Below, piece by piece: positions 24,600-37,834 of a stretch of DNA of 64,000 nt. Position 1 is the stretch's first letter, and each line of letters opens with the position of its first letter. Made by a program: the position numbers and the translations under genes. The DNA is from Mobula hypostoma. Taxonomy: Eukaryota. The DNA is taken from positions 139,872,001 through 139,936,000 of the forward strand of contig NC_086105.1 in the NCBI RefSeq assembly GCF_963921235.1, read 5' to 3'. The notes beneath the pieces are model-generated. The model searched no databases and was not told where the DNA came from. It saw only the letters and a program-made list of their open reading frames with translations.

Positions 24600-27500
24600 T
24601 TACAGATACTGACAATTTAATTTCCTTATTTTAAGCAACAGGCTCCTGCTCTTTGCTGCTGTTTAAATGGTATAAACAATAACTGATCTGCTACAAAACC
24701 ATTACATAGAAAATAAAAGATACAGAACATATGTTACAATAGTACAAATGATAAGTTATATAATACAATAATGACAGTTGAGCACAATACCATATAAAGC
24801 AGCCCGCTCCCAGCATCATGAATTAAGTTAGGTGGATGAACAGAACATAATACATGAAAAAGATAGGTTACTCACCATTATGTGCAGTAGTCCTTTTTTT
24901 TAAAAAAACAAACAAGCTGTCCTTTGCCTAATAATACACAAGCCAAACAACTGGAAAATCAAAAAGGTACTCGTCCCTCCAGTGGTCTTTATAATTAAAT
25001 CTAGATTACTTTTTTTCCTCTCTCTCAGCATTATACTGGTACCTTTCTTACCTATGCTTTCACACTGGGGAAAAAAACCTAAATATTTTGAAGAATTGTA
25101 CACATGAACCACTTAAGTACTGTCACCCATGTGTATGCAAAATTAGGATGTTTTGGCTGTATGTCTCCATTATATTTTATATAGTAGAATACATCAATTT
25201 TGAGCAACAATTTTCATTGTTGCATTTAGATATAATAATCATAGAACCAAGTGTTGATGACAGCATTCTTTAAATTGGTGTATGGTACAAAGTACAGAGC
25301 CGGATTATAATAAATGATTATTCAAATTACGTAGCGGTGTCTGAAACTAAGCCATCAAAGTGAAACCTACAAACAGGGGATATGGACAATGGAGGAAGCC
25401 AAAGTTCTCCAGTGTATGAAAAACAGAACTTTTGTTTTTAATTCACTACACACATTCCAGACAGATAACGTACAATAAATTTACTCACATTTAGGTCTAG
25501 GGCTGAACAGGCAGACCTATAAAGAGTAGTTTTTTTCCAGATGGTCTGTCACTTTGTGGCAGACTTCTGCTATTTCTTCATGTTATCCCCAGAGAGAAGA
25601 GCCAACTGACAGAATCCAAGTGCTTACTATCTCAATGATAGTAATACATAACTTAGGTGTGAGTTTCCCCAAGTTTCAGAAAATTCTTAACAAGTTCCTA
25701 CATTAAAAATGTGTTCAATAGTGAATTTTTTTTCAGCTGGTGTAACTACACATTTTGTAGCTCAACTAATTTATTAGAAGAAATGCTTTATCAAAGTTTT
25801 AATGGATATTGTAATATCAATGCAATTTAAATTTGTATGTAAAACTAAAACAGGAGGTAGATTTTCTTGCAACTAAAAATAGTATTACATGTTGATAAGA
25901 TTGGTAACAATTAAGAAATGAGTACAGCTTAATGTACTACCTGTATTGGCTATTTTTCTCTGAAATTCCCCCATTGCCCAGAATAACTTTTTCCAATTGA
26001 GCCTTTCTGGAATTTGGTGGTGATCTCTCCTGATGTACTGCGGGTAGCACATTACCCCATCTCCAATACATTAGTCTATGCAGGAGTAAAGATGTAAATT
26101 TTTGAATATCAGAACATAATAGGTGGATGTGATACTGGGTACAGATTCAGATCCACAGGGGGAAAAAAAAACATTTCTGGAGCTATGCTTCTGCATTTAT
26201 GGGCTAATATGTTACGCATCACTTCCATAACCCCAGTCAAGAGAAAAAAAACAATTGAACACTAAATTAGCAAAGGTTCTTGAAGCATTTTGTCATAGGA
26301 AAGTTCATTCAACTTCATAACTACTTATTGGGTTTTTCTAAAACTATGTTTCTGGCACATCACTGAGCACTTAAGGCCAGTGTCAAACTCACTGGGTGCT
26401 CAGTCATCATAAATATTATCAGTCTAAATCATAACTGTGTCAGCTAGGAGTGCTGTTACAAAGTACCAACTGAGTCCTGTGGGAACAAGCAAAAACAGAC
26501 ATTTGTATGTGATGTGTCAGGTTCCATCTATGGAGTCATTCTCTTTCCAAATGTATGTCTTACATTGATTTTCCAGTTCCTTGACTTACTTAATTCATTG
26601 TATTTATGGTTTAAAAAAAAGACAGGCATTTAAAGTTGAAACTATGTAAGTGACAATCGAAATTCTACTATATGACTAAAAACCCAATACACAGTTACAT
26701 TACACATGAAATTACACAACAGGTACAGATGGTAGACTACCAATCATTTACATTGATGCAAAGTTATCAACAAAATGACAGCAAAGAAATTTTACAGTAC
26801 ATGAAAACAATTAATACAAATCTTACCAGAAGCTTTGTATACATTTTAGTGACTAAATGCAAGACTATACAAGTAGTGGCTGCACTCTTTAGCATGCATA
26901 TTCTCACACACTCACATGAACCCTTTGAAGAACTAAAATCAATTCAAAATAATTGGAATTGTAGAATATAAATATATATGTGCAAGGTCAAAAAGGGTCA
27001 TGTTTCAAATGAACTTGCTTAGCATGAATTTTATTGTGGCATTTCCACTTTCTACAGATGCCCACTTTCTGAATATAAAAATGCATATACTAATGTCAAT
27101 CTTAAAAGCAATAAAATTTTCATTTTCAGAAATTTGGAAAATTCTAGTTATATAATATGCCATACTCGTATTGCTAAGAATGACTTTTTTTAAATAAGGT
27201 GCATACCACCATAGCTATATGCTATAACTAGACAAATTACTTTGACACATGAACAATTATTCCACATCCATATTTTTAAATTATTACTGAAGCTATTTTC
27301 TTTTTCTAAGCAAAATTATATCAGCTAAAACTCAGTATTTCACTTGAGCGTGAATGGCAAGTGACAAACTTCTAAATCCAAGTAGGATAAAGTTCATAAT
27401 ATTCATCAAAAGTGGGTATGAAATATATGCATGTCAAGTGATTACTGGAAGATATAGTGTCTGGCAACTGATATTTACAATGAGTAAATACTGATAACTA

Positions 27501-29328
27501 CTGTTATAATGCCAGATTGTTCACTATTAAATCATTCAAGATTTCTAAGTATTAATGAATTATATAGAAATCCAAGTTATCGTTTTATAAAAGTAAATGA
27601 ACTTTTGGAAGGACAAAACTTTAACATTCCCTTTCAAAGAAATACTAACTTGCTGTTGGCCACATGTACAAAACTCATTTCCTAGCTAATAAACAAAACC
27701 AAATGAAACTGCAAAACTCACACTCTAAGATATCCAGATAAAAAATTTATCATTTGAATTCTCATTCTTCATAAAAGCAAAGCACAGACTGGTCACTGGT
27801 GTTTACACATAAGTTATTAAAATAAAAGTGTAGGACTACTATTTACCTTCTCTGCATAGCGATTCATCCTTAAGTAACCAGTCTAATCATCCATTCATTC
27901 ACAAAGAAAATCTGTTTTTAATTACAAAACTTAACTTGCTGTTGAACTTAGTGTTGAAACAACATGACATACTGAACACAATAATACACGTATACTCTCA
28001 ATTACAAGATTCCCTTTACCCTTTCTAAAATACAGAGCTTATTCCTTCTCCCAATAATGAACCAAAGATACCATTTGGACTGCACATTATGGCACCTGTC
28101 AACACAATATTTTAAAGCAGATAAAAAACACGCTCGCAAAGTCTTACCAAAAGTCCCTAGACAGAAAGATTAAAAATAGCATAAAACTTCTGTAAACTAC
28201 AATATGGTTGCAAAGTACAGACTCATAACTTGGCTACTTGACCTTTACATGAAGGTTTATCTATTAAAAATGTTGTGCAAAGTGTACAGGATAACTGCAT
28301 ATACCAATGTGGAGTCTGAAGTAGCGTAATGTTTGCATTACTTAGTAAAACCTAAAAGAAAAGAAAGCACCTAGAATCCAAAGTTACACTGATGTATTTT
28401 CCTTTAAACTCTATATTTTACTGCATTAACAATGGTGAACACTACAACCTCACCTAAATGTGTTTTGCACTAGAGAATAGCTAGTAAGTAGCACATTTTA
28501 GATTTCAGTAACAGACTGATGCGTGCAACTTTTCCCTTACAAAAAAAACCTCCTTAAAGTTCTGAAACTTGAGTATAGTTTATCCCTGATAACTGCATTT
28601 ATTATTTTTAATTAGCACAACTCCACAAAGAATTTCAATCTGCTCAGTGCTGAACCATGATTAATACTGAACAATAGCCAATACCATCTGCGAAAATAAC
28701 ATCCGGAGCCTAGAATGTTATTTCAAAAAGCAATTAAAGATGCATGCAACAGTCCAAATCCAAAAACAACTTCGTAGCAGCCTATTTAAAACACAGCACA
28801 ATTCAAAAATTCTTACTGCTATGAATAGGTTTGAAGTATTTGTCAGTTAGGAAATCTAGATATTATACTTGCTCTGATTTGGGATACTTAAATTTCAGAT
28901 TTGTTTTTTTTGATTAAGAAGCAAAGTTCCAATTCTTGAAAACAGTCAGTGGCCTTTTGTTTTTGAAACTTGTGACATGAGAAATGCAAAAACTGAATAT
29001 ACTGCACAGAAGACTATGTTACCTTTGGAGAAACTGTAATATGCACTTAAGGACTGGAGAATTGAGGAGGTATGAATATCAGATTCATTTTACTAGTGTT
29101 CAACTACATGTTCAATGATACCTCCACTGGCAGCAAATAGCTTCTTCAGAAAATAGTGAATAATAACCACTCTCAATATGTACTTCATAAAAGCCAACAC
29201 AGCAAAACTCAAACCTACTGTGAAGGTTTCCTCACCATGCCCTTACATGTAGTCTAGAATACATTTAACACAACTAACCAAACTCCTGTCATGGTTTTCA
29301 CTCTAATGAAGATATCTCCTCTGGTCTT
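24600..29328 (-). other. EPN2: Probable long EPN2 3'UTR
   Basis: No recognisable repeats; U-rich on the minus strand; minus-strand AATAAA at 28598, 27030 and 25770, and ATTAAA at 24616. Confidence 0.55.
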
Positions 29329-29645
29329 TTATAATAGGAAAGGGTTAGTTGTAGAGGGCTGGGATGTAGGCGGAGGAATGCCTGTAGATACAAGTGTCTG
29401 GGGCATTGTTCCAGTAATGTTCATTGGTGTACCCATCCTACCAATCATTGGCACTGGAACCATGCCCATTGCCACTGGTGCTGACATGGAAGTGAGTGTA
29501 GACTCCATATTAACAGAAGGTATAGTACCAAACGTAGACTGTCCTGTGGCCATCAAAGGACTTGCTCGCATTTGGTTCAGAGTAGGAGGCTGTGGCTGGT
29601 TAACTTGAAAGGGATTTATCTGAGTGGTCTGGACTGGAGTTGAAC
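29329..29645 (-). CDS. EPN2: Epsin-2 last coding exon (two NPF motifs, ends TTNPFLL*)
   Basis: ctttgtag|GT TCA; INPFQVNQPQPPTLNQMR...TTNPFLL*. Confidence 0.96.
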
Positions 29646-29739
29646 CTACAAAGAACAAAGAGTACATCATTACAATGGAGCATAAATAAAATGAAATCAA
29701 GTTTTTAAATGAAATACATATTACAAAATAATTGTTTGA

Positions 29740-32700
29740 AGGAAGGCAATTTTAGTCTTGTGCCAGTGTGTGAGTGGGCCAGTGAAGGAGTGGAGCTTTG
29801 AGGCTTTGACTCGAGAGGCTTCGACGAGAAGAGGCGGAGGACAAGCTAGCTCGCAGTTAGTTTTTACAACGTCTCCTGAGACGGTGATGTGTCTCTCACG
29901 TGAGATGTGGCAGTCTTGGGGGAACTCCCCTCTCCCGCAGAGTCACATCTGCCAGAAGTGCATACGGCTGGGCGATCTGGAAGACCGTGTAAGGAATCTG
30001 GAGCAGCAGCTGGATGAACTTCGACTCATAAGGGAGAATGAGGCAGTCATAGATGAGAGCTACAGGGAGGTAGTCACACCTAGGCTGTTGGAAGCAGGTC
30101 GTTGGGTGACAGTCAGAGGGGGGAAAGCGAAGGTGAGCAGACAGGTAGTGCAGAGCACCCCTGCAGCCATTCCCCTGAATAGTAAGTTTAACGTCCTGGA
30201 TGCTGTTGGTGGGAACGACCGACCAGGTGTGAGCCATGGTGGCAGGGCCTCCGGCACTGAGTCTGACCCTGTGGTGCAGAAGGGTGGGACGGAGAAAAGG
30301 AGAGCTGTTGTCATTGCAGACTCTATAGTCAGGGGAGCAGACAGGAGATTTTGTGGACGTGAGAAGGACACCCGCATGGTTTGTTGCCTCCTGGGTGCCA
30401 GGGTCCGGGATGTCTCTGACCGGGTGCACGACATCCTGGTACGAGAGGGAAAGCGACCAGAAGTCGTGATACATGTTGGGACCAACGACATAGGCAGGAA
30501 GAGGGATGAGGTCCTGAAGTGTGAGTTTGGGAAACTAGGCAGAAGGCTGAAGAACAGGACCTCAAGGGTGGCGTTCTCAGGCTTGCTGCCAGTGCTACGT
30601 GATAGTGATGGCAAGAACTGGAGGAGATGGCAGTTGAATGCGTGGCTGAGGATTTGGTGCAGGGAGCAGGGTTTTAGATTTTTAGATCATTGGGATCTCT
30701 TCTGGGGAAGGTGGGACCTGTACAGATTGAATAGGTTGCACCTGAACTCAAGGGGGAGCAATATCCTTGCAGGTAGGTTTGCTAGCATGGTTCGGGAGGG
30801 TTTAAACTAATTTGCGAGGGGGTGGGACCCGGAGCGATAGAGCAGTGAAAGAAGAGCATGGAGTAAAGCCAGATCTAACATACAGAGAGGCTTTGAGGAA
30901 ACAGAAGCAGAATAAACGGTGTAAAGACAGTAAGGTAGAAGGGCTGAAATGTGTGTACCTCAATGCAAGAAGCATCAGGAACAAAGGTGATGAATGGAGA
31001 GCTTGGATATATACATGGAATTATGATGTAGTGGCCATTACTGAGACTTGGCTGGCACCAGGGCAGGAATGGATTCTCAATATTCAACAGTCAGGAACAG
31101 GAAGGGAGCAGTTACTCTATTGGGGGTATTCTATAGGCCCCCTGGTAGCAGCAGATTGGGAGGCAGGTTTGGGAAAGGTGCAAAAATAACAGGGTTGTTA
31201 TCATGGGCGACTTTAACTTCCCTAATATTGATTGGCACCTGATTAGTTCCAAGGGTTTAGATGGGGCAGAGTTTAAGTGTGTCCAGGATGGATTCCTGTC
31301 ACAGTACATGGACAGGCCGACCGGGGTAATGCCATACTAGATCTAGTACTAGGTAATGAACTGGGTCAGGTCACATATCTCTCAGTGGGTGAGCATTTAG
31401 GGGACAGTGACCACCGCTCCCTGGCCTTTAGCATTATAATGGAAAAGGATAGAATCAGAGAGGACAGGAAAATTTTTAATTGGGGGAAGGCAAATTATGA
31501 GGCTATAAGGCTAGAACTTGCGGGTGTGAATTGGGATGATGTTTTTGCAGGGAAATGTACTATGGACATGTGGTCAATGTTTAGAGATCTCTTGCGGGAT
31601 GTTAGGGATAAATTTGTCTCGGTGAGGAAGATAAAGAATGGTAGGGTGAAGGAACCATGGGTGACAAGTGAGGTGGAAAATCTAGTCAGGTGGAAGAAGG
31701 CAGATGGGTCTATTGAGGAATATAGGGAAGCAAGAAAGGAGCTTAAGAAGGGGCTGAGAAGAGCAAGAAGGGGGCATGAGAAGGCCTTGGCGAGTAAGGT
31801 AAAGGAAAACCCCAAGGCATTCTTCAATTATGTGAAGAAAAAAGGATGACAGGAGTGAAGGTAGGACCGATTAGAGATAACGGTGGGAAGATGTGCCTGG
31901 AGGCTGTGGAAGTGAGCGAGGTCCTCAATGAATACTTCTCTTTGGTATTCACCAATGAGAGGGAACTTGATGATGGTGAGGACAATACGAGAGAGGTTGA
32001 TGTTCTGGAGCATGTAGATATTAAGGGAGAGGAGGTGTTGGAGTTGTTAAAATACATTAGGACAGATAAGTCCCCAGGGCCTGACGGAATATTCCCCAGG
32101 CTGCTCCATGAGGCGAGAGAAGACTACTGAGCCTCTGGCTAGGATCTTTATGTCCTCGTTGTCCACGGGAATGATACCGGAGGACTGGAGGGAGGCAAGT
32201 GTTGTCCCCTTGTTCAAAAAGGGTAGTAGGGATAGTCCGGTTAATTATAGACCAGTGAGCCTTACGTCTGTGGTGGGAAAGCTGTTGGAAAAGATCCTTA
32301 GAGATAGGATCTATAGGCATTTAGAGAATCATGGTCTGATCAGAGACAGTCAGCCATGGCTTTGTGAAGGGCAGATCGTGTCTAACAAGCTGATAGAGTT
32401 CTTTGAGGAGGTGACCAGGCATATAGATGAGGGTAGTGCAATGGATGTGATCTATATGGATTTTAGTAAGGCATTTGACAAGGTTCCACACAGTAGGCTT
32501 ATTCAGAAAGTTAGAAGGCATAGGATCCAGGGAATTTTGGCCAGGTGGTTTCAGAATTGGCTTGCCTGCAGAAGGCAGAGGGTGGTGGTGGAGGGAGTAC
32601 ATTCAGATTGGAGGATTATCACTAGTGGTGTCCCACAAGGATCTGTTCTGGGACCTCTACTTTTCGTGATTTTTATTAATGACCTGGATGTGGGGGTAGA

Positions 32701-33607
32701 AGGGTGGGTTGGCAAGTTTGCAGACGACACAAAGATTGGTGGTGTTGTAGGTAGTGTAGAGGATTGTCAAAGATTGCAGAGAGACATTGATAGGATGCCG
32801 GAGTGGGCTGAGAAGTGGCAGATGGAGTTCAACCCGAAGAAGTGTGAGGTGGTACACTTTGGAAGGACAAACTCCAAGGCAGAGTACAAAGTAAATGGCA
32901 GGATAGTTGGTAGTGTGGAGGAGCAGAGGGATCTGGGGGTACATGTCCACAGATCCCTGAAAGTTGCCTCACAGGTGGATAGAGTAGTTAAGAAAGCTTA
33001 TGGGGTGTTAGCTTTCATAAGTCGAGGGATAGAGTTTAAGAGTCGCGATGTAATGATGCAGCTCTATAAAACTCTGGTTAGGCCACACATGAAGTACTGT
33101 GTCCAATTCTGGTCACCTCACTATAGGAAGGATGTGGAAGCATTGGAAAGGGTACAGAGGAGATTTACCAGGATGCTGCCTGGTTTAGAAAGTATGCATT
33201 ATGATCAGAGATTAAGGCAGCTAGGGCTTTACTCTTTGGAGAGAAGGAGGATGAGAGGAGACATGATAGAGGTGTACAAGATAATAAGAGGAATAGATAG
33301 AGCAGATAGCCAGTGCCTCTTCCCCAGGGCACCACTGCTCAATACAAGAGGACATGGCTTTAAGGTAAGGGGTGGGAAGTTCAAGGGGGATATTAGAGGA
33401 AGGTTTTTTACTCAGAGAGTGGTTGGTGCGTGGAATACACTGCCTGAGTCAGTGGCGGAGGCAGATACACTAGTGAAGTTTAAGAGACTACTAGACAGGT
33501 ATATGGAGGAATTTAAGGTGGGGGCTTATATGGGAGGCAGGGTTTGAGGGTTGGCACAAGATTGTGGGCCGAAGGGCCTGTACTGTGCTGTACTATTCTA
33601 TGTTCTA
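29740..33607 (+). mobile_element. Near full-length CR1 LINE, antisense in the last EPN2 intron
   Basis: Open ORF1 (to 30810) and APE-RT ORF2 with frameshifts and a deletion (30950-33547; YRPVSLTS, MDFSKAFDKV, GVPQGSVLGP, KFADD); tail tactattctatgttcta. Confidence 0.95.
29758..30810 (+). CDS. CR1 ORF1 protein (Zn knuckle, coiled coil, SGNH esterase-like)
   Basis: HICQKC, LEDRVRNLEQQLDEL, VIADSIVRG, HVGTNDI, NRLHLN. The frame is open, but the likely start codon reads ACG (29869). Confidence 0.7.
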   Translation: MCQCVSGPVKEWSFEALTREASTRRGGGQASSQLVFTTSPETVMCLSREMWQSWGNSPLPQSHICQKCIRLGDLEDRVRNLEQQLDELRLIRENEAVIDESYREVVTPRLLEAGRWVTVRGGKAKVSRQVVQSTPAAIPLNSKFNVLDAVGGNDRPGVSHGGRASGTESDPVVQKGGTEKRRAVVIADSIVRGADRRFCGREKDTRMVCCLLGARVRDVSDRVHDILVREGKRPEVVIHVGTNDIGRKRDEVLKCEFGKLGRRLKNRTSRVAFSGLLPVLRDSDGKNWRRWQLNAWLRIWCREQGFRFLDHWDLFWGRWDLYRLNRLHLNSRGSNILAGRFASMVREGLN

Positions 33608-34044
33608 GTTCAAAATGAACATAAAATTTGACAATTTCCTTTAGTTCAGTTTGGTTCAGCTCAAAACCAAGCTCTAAACTATAATGCAAATTACAAGTAA
33701 ATATTGGTGCAAAGCAAAATTAGTATTAAAGGTAGTCTTTATGGAATTCAGAAGCAACATTATCTAAACAAACAATCCTACCTCCAAATTGACTTCGAAA
33801 ATTAGGAGATCTCTAGCTAAATTAACAGACTACTTACTTGGATTTTTTCCCCACTTTCTGTAGCCAATTTAATCAGTGAATGCAAAATAACTTGCAACTA
33901 GCCACACTTATAGATTGGATCACACTTTTTGTGTGCAGTCTTACAATTTTTAAAAATTCGTGGTAAAATGATTGTGCATATTATGCAAAATGATTGTTGA
34001 GGAAAGCAAAAGCCAGCAGCAAACTCTAGAAACTATTCTAGTAC

Positions 34045-34205
34045 TCCTTTGTATTACTGAGGGAGTATGGCACAGTGGTGTAATATGTTCATTAAGACAC
34101 TAGATACCATGGCTGCTCTCGCAGGACAAAGAATATTCATTGATTTTATTTGAAAAGTTGAGATTATGCTTCCTTACTTTTAGCTTGAGTGAAAATTTAT
34201 TGGGT
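34045..34205 (+). mobile_element. Possible ancient Deu-domain SINE remnant (SacSINE1/AmnSINE-like)
   Basis: tactgagggagtatggcacagtgg...ctgctctcgcagga...tatttgaaaag resembles the Deu domain as recalled; heavily diverged. Confidence 0.35.
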
Positions 34206-35131
34206 AATAAATTTTACAAAAAAAGTGCATGTAAAAATAACATCCACAAGAACAGAAATATTAGACAGGAGACTTAAAAAATAGAAGCAAATTAAGACAA
34301 CTATGGACCAAAATAGTACTGGACACACATTTGCATACATCACACCTTTTATGCCTTTCTTTGTAGTGTGCCTCTACCGAAAAAAAAAGACGAGATCAGT
34401 TAAGGGAAGTCAAGCTGCAGGAACTAATTTTTTTCTCATTGCATCTCTCTCATATTTCCTGAGCACCAACTTTCATAGCAGGATTCAGTTGAGTTGGAGG
34501 CCTCAATTAAAGCCACAGTAACTACAATTTTACTAAAATGCCAAAACCAATTTCCTAAGTTACTTTAAATTACACCAGATTAACCCATCTCAGACAAGGC
34601 AACATATGACCCAGTATTAATACTTTAGTTGCTGACTGATGACTAAAATGCAGACTTACATCATGCAGTTCCCCAGGTGGGAACTTGTAGAAAGAAGTCA
34701 GCTCCGTCAGCTACTATCAGCCCTCTGCAGAGACAGAGCCTTCTGTGACATAAATGTCATCACATGCAGGGTCAGGATAAGCTTTGGCCGTAAAACATGA
34801 AAAATTACAGCTGGTTAAGCTCTACCTCACTGTCAAACAATGCCATTCAAAAATTATTCAAGTGGATTTGCCAACACGTGGTGGAAAACTACTGTGATTG
34901 TTTAATTGTACTACTGGTGAAACTACTCAAACCTTAGGACTTCATACTCTTGATTAAACTTGAAGTTATAGAGTTATGCAAGGAAATGTCTGCAGTTACA
35001 TGGGCCACTGCCACTATTTTTCAACACATATAATTACCTTGAGCAAATTACAAATGTCCAGAGGAAAGCTGGACCATCCTGGAGAAATTTATTTTTATTT
35101 TATTCATTTGTTTAGGAAATCCCTCACTTAA

Positions 35132-35218
35132 GTCCTGATGAAGGGTTTAGGCCTGAAGTGTCAACTGTTTATTCCTTTCTATAGATACTGCCTGAGTTCC
35201 TCTAGCATTTTGTGTATT
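35132..35218 (+). mobile_element. 87-bp hammerhead-initiated Penelope-terminus insertion, 10-bp TSD
   Basis: CCTCACTTAA at 35122-35131 and 35219-35228; the insert begins (A)GTC-CTGATGA-AGGGTTTAGGCCT-GAAG-TGTC-AACT. Confidence 0.8.
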
Positions 35219-35464
35219 CCTCACTTAACTTAGATTGGATTTGGAGTAAGCCTGAAATACTGGTAACAGTATATGCTGGTATGAAAAATCTCGTCTACCT
35301 AGTAACATATTCTCAATATCTTTTCAATCAATTTCACCTTTTAGAAAGAAAACCAGGTGCAAGGATGTAAAAAAAAAACATTCTTACCAAAATCATGTGA
35401 TTACCTTTAACTTCAAAGCAGGGAGAATAATTTAATTTAAAACAAACATTACTGAAATTCATAC

Positions 35465-35683
35465 CTGAAGCCAAAAAAGGATTAGATGTACTGGAAGGTT
35501 GGATAGGTTTGGATACCAAAGAATCCAGATTCACTAAAGCTGCATTAGGGCCCAAGAAGGATTCTGGAGTTTTCCGAGCTGTAGTCTGTTTTGCTGGTGC
35601 TGAACTACTGAGTTGATTGTCAAGGAGATCTGGGCTAATTGATCCACTTGGTCTGGAACTTCCTCCCAACACATCGGTCTCAC
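35465..35683 (-). CDS. EPN2: Epsin-2 coding exon 7 (219 nt; clathrin box LVNLD, first NPF)
   Basis: ctctag|GT GAG...TCA G|gtatg; RKTPESFLGPNAALVNLDSLV...SNPFLAS. Confidence 0.96.
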
Positions 35684-35789
35684 CTAGAGCAAAATGTGAT
35701 AAACACTTACCCAAAATTTTTTAAAAATGGATACTTCAAGAAATAGTTACCATATGTTAATAACAACTGTCGAATATCCACAGGTCTGT

Positions 35790-36290
35790 GTAATCCCATC
35801 TTCCATTTCCTCCACTTCTGAACATACTTCTTCACCTAATGATATCAAGAACAGAATTCCCCTTATTCTAACCTTTTATCCCACCAACCCCTACATTCAA
35901 CAGATTTTTCTTTCTAACTTATGGCATTTCCAACATAACACCACAATCAGACATGTTCTCCTCTCTTCCCTTTACACCTTTACAACATTCTGAAAGAACT
36001 ACTGCCTCTGCAAACTCTGGTCCACCAATATCCATTTCCCCTCTCAGCCCCATGCAATTACAGGTGATGCATCTTCACCCGAGTTTTTATTCCTCCCTCC
36101 TGCTGTCCATGGATCTAAACATTCCTTCCCGACAAAGCAGTGATTTATTTGTATCTCTTCCAGTTCAGTAAAGTTCATAAAGTACTCATCTGTGGTGTCA
36201 ATAAAATGAGAAAACTCAATGTAATTTGAGTTATTGCTGCCTTCAGTTCACAACGGTTGCCCTTAGCTTCTAACTGCTCATCAAAAACAT
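35790..36290 (+). mobile_element. Old Penelope fragment
   Basis: KNRIPLILTFYPTNPYIQQIFLSNLWHFQ aligns with RDRVPLALTYHHTSLWIQHIILRNFHHLQ of the 6015-8590 element. Confidence 0.65.
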
Positions 36291-36819
36291 ACAAAATCAT
36301 CCAGTCATTTCCACAATGAGGATTGTGGAGTATGCAACAATTAAACTACTGTGGTTTACTTTACCAATGGCTACATTTGTATTGTGCCAATTGTCAATAT
36401 ATTACCTCAGGTTATCCAACTTACTGAGACCCTACACCAAACTACATCATAATAAGCTGCATCATTGCATGGTACAGAAACTGTACTGTAGTGGACAAAA
36501 AACATCACAAGTGGAACAGTCAAACAAACATTCCATGTGATTCACAATTTACAAAGACAAAAATAATTCTTAGTAATTTAATGCAAAAGATTTAAAATAG
36601 TTCTTATCACTAATATTATCATTGTAATAATTTCATCACAGAACAAAATTTTTTTTTCACAAAATTGCTGAACAAGGGATATCAGGGTTAAGTTAACTTT
36701 GTTTTTTGCTCTCCTACTACAAAATGTTTAGAGTCTTGCTTAAATAATGAAATGGCCATGATGCCACAAACTCCAAGTCAAAAAATGGCAAAGTACTAAT
36801 GTCTTCACAAACAACACAA

Positions 36820-37550
36820 CAAAACATAGGTGGTATGGCGAGTAGGAAGAGCATAGAAAGAGCTTGAAGAAGATACTGAATAGCTCAGTGAGTAGGAGAT
36901 GGAATACAAAGTACAAATGTTAATGTTATTCTTTTTGGTGCACAAAACAGATAAGCAGTCTCTGTTTATTACTGAAGTACATGCATTCAGTAATAAAAAT
37001 ATCTTGCTGTGATTATATATTCATTGGTGAGGCTGCGCCTGGAGTATTATGTACAGTTTTGGTCTCCTTGTATAAATTTGCCAAGGAGAGTACAGCGAAG
37101 GTTCACTAGAATAGCTCCATAGGCAACAGGTTTGTTCTAAGAATTGGAATTGAGTTATCTATGCTTATACTCTCTAGAGTTTAGAAAAATAAGAGAAGAT
37201 TTCATTGAAACGTGGATATTTCTTACAAGGGCTCTACAAGCTGGAAGCAATGAGAATGTTTCCTTTGGCATACTGTATGAAACAGGGATTACAGTTTTAG
37301 AATAAGAGATTATTAGGACTGAGATGCAGAAATATTTCTTTATAGCGTGGTGAACTCTCTGCCCTGGAGGGTGTGGAAGCTTATTGTGTTCGTTAGAAGA
37401 TTGATAATACTTCTGAATATTAAGGGAATCAAGGAATATAGGATTTGTGTAGGAAAATGATGTTAGAGTGGAAGATCAGTCATAACTTAGATTTAGCTTG
37501 AAGGGTCATCAAGTTGCCTTTCCCTGCTGCTAGTTTCAGTGTTCTTATGC
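36820..37550 (+). mobile_element. Old CR1 3' fragment
   Basis: ttggtgaggctgcgcctggagtattatgtacagttttggtctcc (LVRxxLEYxVQFWSP) followed by a CR1-like 3' end. Confidence 0.7.
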
Positions 37551-37834
37551 ACACCCTGGGATCTTACAGTGATCAGTAACATGCATACTGCATCCTGCTT
37601 GAGTAATCTGGGGAACAGGTTTAGCACTTATTCAAGAAAACAAAATGTTTAAATTGCGAGAGCTACTTGCATCATTTTCTATAATTGGATTAAAAAAGGA
37701 AAGGAACCATTAATGTAGGAACTTTGACCTAAATTTCACTTTCCACAGATGCTGCTTGACTTGCAATTATTTCCAGTGTTTTCTGTTTTCCTGTACTACG
37801 CACTTCACATGTATTTTTGAATTATTGTGATATT

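Noticed and set aside
21946-24600. Overlap of the B9D1 and EPN2 3'UTRs
   Set aside because: Decayed CR1-like sequence and poly(A) signals on each side suggest a short intergenic gap; it cannot be excluded without RNA data.
29896-30614. Long antisense ORFs over CR1 ORF1, and similar shadow ORFs over Penelope and Rex elements
   Set aside because: Off-frame or antisense shadows of retroelement coding sequence, with no independent motifs.
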